Origin: Tolypothrix carrinoi HA7290-LM1 | GTDB lineage: Bacteria; Cyanobacteriota; Cyanobacteriia; Cyanobacteriales; Nostocaceae | Length of the DNA: 28,848 bases | NCBI GenBank assembly: GCA_019358935.1 | Contig: JAHHIK010000105.1 | Location: forward strand, 1-28,848 | Reading direction: 5' to 3' | Shown here: positions 27,597 to 28,848 of the stretch, piece by piece | Position numbering within the stretch: position 1 is the first letter of the stretch | How the letters are laid out: the number at the start of each line of letters is the position of its first letter | Program-made: the position numbers and the translations under genes | The notes under the pieces: generated by a model | What the model saw: only the letters and a program-made list of their open reading frames with translations | Database searches by the model: none | What the model was told of the DNA's origin: nothing

Positions 27597-28633
27597 TTAA
27601 CTCGCCATCAATTGTGAGGGTGTGTTGCGCCACAATTGGTATAACCGCGTAGCATGTATTGTTAAATATAAGATATCCCCCTCACTGAGATTGATTTCTA
27701 GTAAATCCCAGCCGTGAATAGTCTGGGAATTTCTTTCTACATACAAAGGCACAAAGTCGGCGGAGATTGCCGCATCTTTCACTTGTTGCCCGCAAAAGGA
27801 ATGTGAAGGTGTAATTAAAGTTGCAAAAGCTACCCATAAACTATCTCCGGTGATGCCATTACCGAGGATTCGTCCGCCTAGTGCAGCAGCGGCAAAAGCT
27901 GGTGCCGCAAGTTCAGCGGGACTCAGTACTGCCTCAAAGCCGAAAACTTGTTGTGCCATGCCAGCAAAATCAGGATCGGCATAATTGACTACTACGGGAA
28001 TGTTCGGTGTCAATCCTTTTGCTTTCAGGGCAATCTCTAAATTAGTAGCGTCGTTGAAGGTAACAGCAAGCACAGCGGCAGCAGAGTTGATATTGCTTGC
28101 TTTAAGTGTGACTCGAAAGCTAGTATCGCTCTCAATTACGGGAATACCTAATTCACGGACAGTGTTGATAAATTTGTTATTGGAGTCTGTTTCAATTACT
28201 ACCACGTCATGTCCGCTGGCGTGGAGTTGCTGGACAATTGCCATTCCAATACCGCTTAAACCACAGACGATGTAGTGATGACTTTGAGGAATTCTCACAG
28301 CATCCCAAAATTGCTTGAAACGGTTTCCCAGAACAAAATCGTTGAGTAGGGCATACCAAATACCAATGACTACTGCCCCAATCAACATCATAAAAACGGT
28401 AAATAATTTGATAATATTAGGAGCTTTTTCGACAATATCATTACCACCAGCTCCAGTAATCATGCCTACAGAAAAATATAAAGCATCGATGATGGATATT
28501 TTCAGTTCGGTAGACATGTAGGTGAGTGTGGCAATGAGAATAATCGCTAAAAGTACAATACCCCCCATTACAACCGATCGCCCGTGTTGTTGAAGCTGTT
28601 TTAGATTGCCAAGGATTTTCATTCCTTTTTTAA
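27597..28633 (-). pseudogene. TrkA-domain potassium channel-type protein, 5' part cut off by insertion
   Basis: Pore-like DALYFSVGMITGAGG and RCK motif IVCGLSGIG. Track-ORF residues before KKGMK are derived from IS sequence. Confidence 0.8.
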
Positions 28634-28726
28634 CTATGCCACCGTAAGTCCCCCACTGAATTTTGTACTCAAAATCAGTGGCGGGATATAAGATGGGTAA
28701 TGAGGAATTGACCAACAAGCGACAAT
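28634..28726 (+). mobile_element. Left end of a second IS200/IS605 element of the same family as 1588-2470
   Basis: TTTAA|CTA junction, followed by GTCCCCCACTGA..TCAGTGGCGGGATATAAG matching 1603-1648 outside the loop. Confidence 0.8.
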
Positions 28727-28848
28727 AGACCTCTTGCAAAAGTCACTCAGGAAGATTTGATTTTGGGGAGACAAAGCTCGTAATTGTAGAGAGCAGCAAT
28801 CAGATTAAACCTTAAACTAAATCTTTTTCGACGGTTTCTATAAGTAAG
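28727..28848 (-). mobile_element. 3' end of IS5-family (ISL2/IS702-like) element; transposase C-terminus 28747->28848
   Basis: LTYRNRRKRFSLRFNLIAALYNYEL..* C-terminal signature, and terminal IR AGACCTCTTGCAAAAGTC flanked by AAT. Confidence 0.85.

Overview
Chromosomal window from a filamentous, probably heterocyst-forming cyanobacterium (frequent HIP1 GCGATCGC, STRR heptamer arrays, Nostocales-type small dispersed repeats). Core genes: CPA1 Na+/H+ antiporter, DUF3124 lipoprotein, TrkA, SRPBCC + zeta-carotene desaturase, a small RHH regulator, ald, hli, a WD40 protein, a PAS hybrid histidine kinase, hicBA, the coxBAC / ctaA-ctaB cytochrome c oxidase locus, rbp, a ferredoxin-MBL hydrolase and a TrkA/K+ channel-type gene. 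Many mobile elements overlie these. The most interesting is a ~1.53 kb IS607-like element (24508-26038) with GG termini and inverted CTACCC repeats. It has a TnpB with a rearranged RuvC-II site and no transposase; instead a divergent 61-aa RHH-like ORF faces a palindromic operator-like site. Also present: two IS200/IS605-type insertions after TTTAA (one leaves the DUF3124 C-terminus unchanged, one truncates a TrkA-type gene and is itself hit by an IS5/ISL2 element), a probable IS607 right end cutting the antiporter, an 85-bp element splitting a HIP1 site inside a gene, a three-level nest of small repeats, MITEs and several gene relics. All assignments come from reading the sequence by eye; no searches were run.
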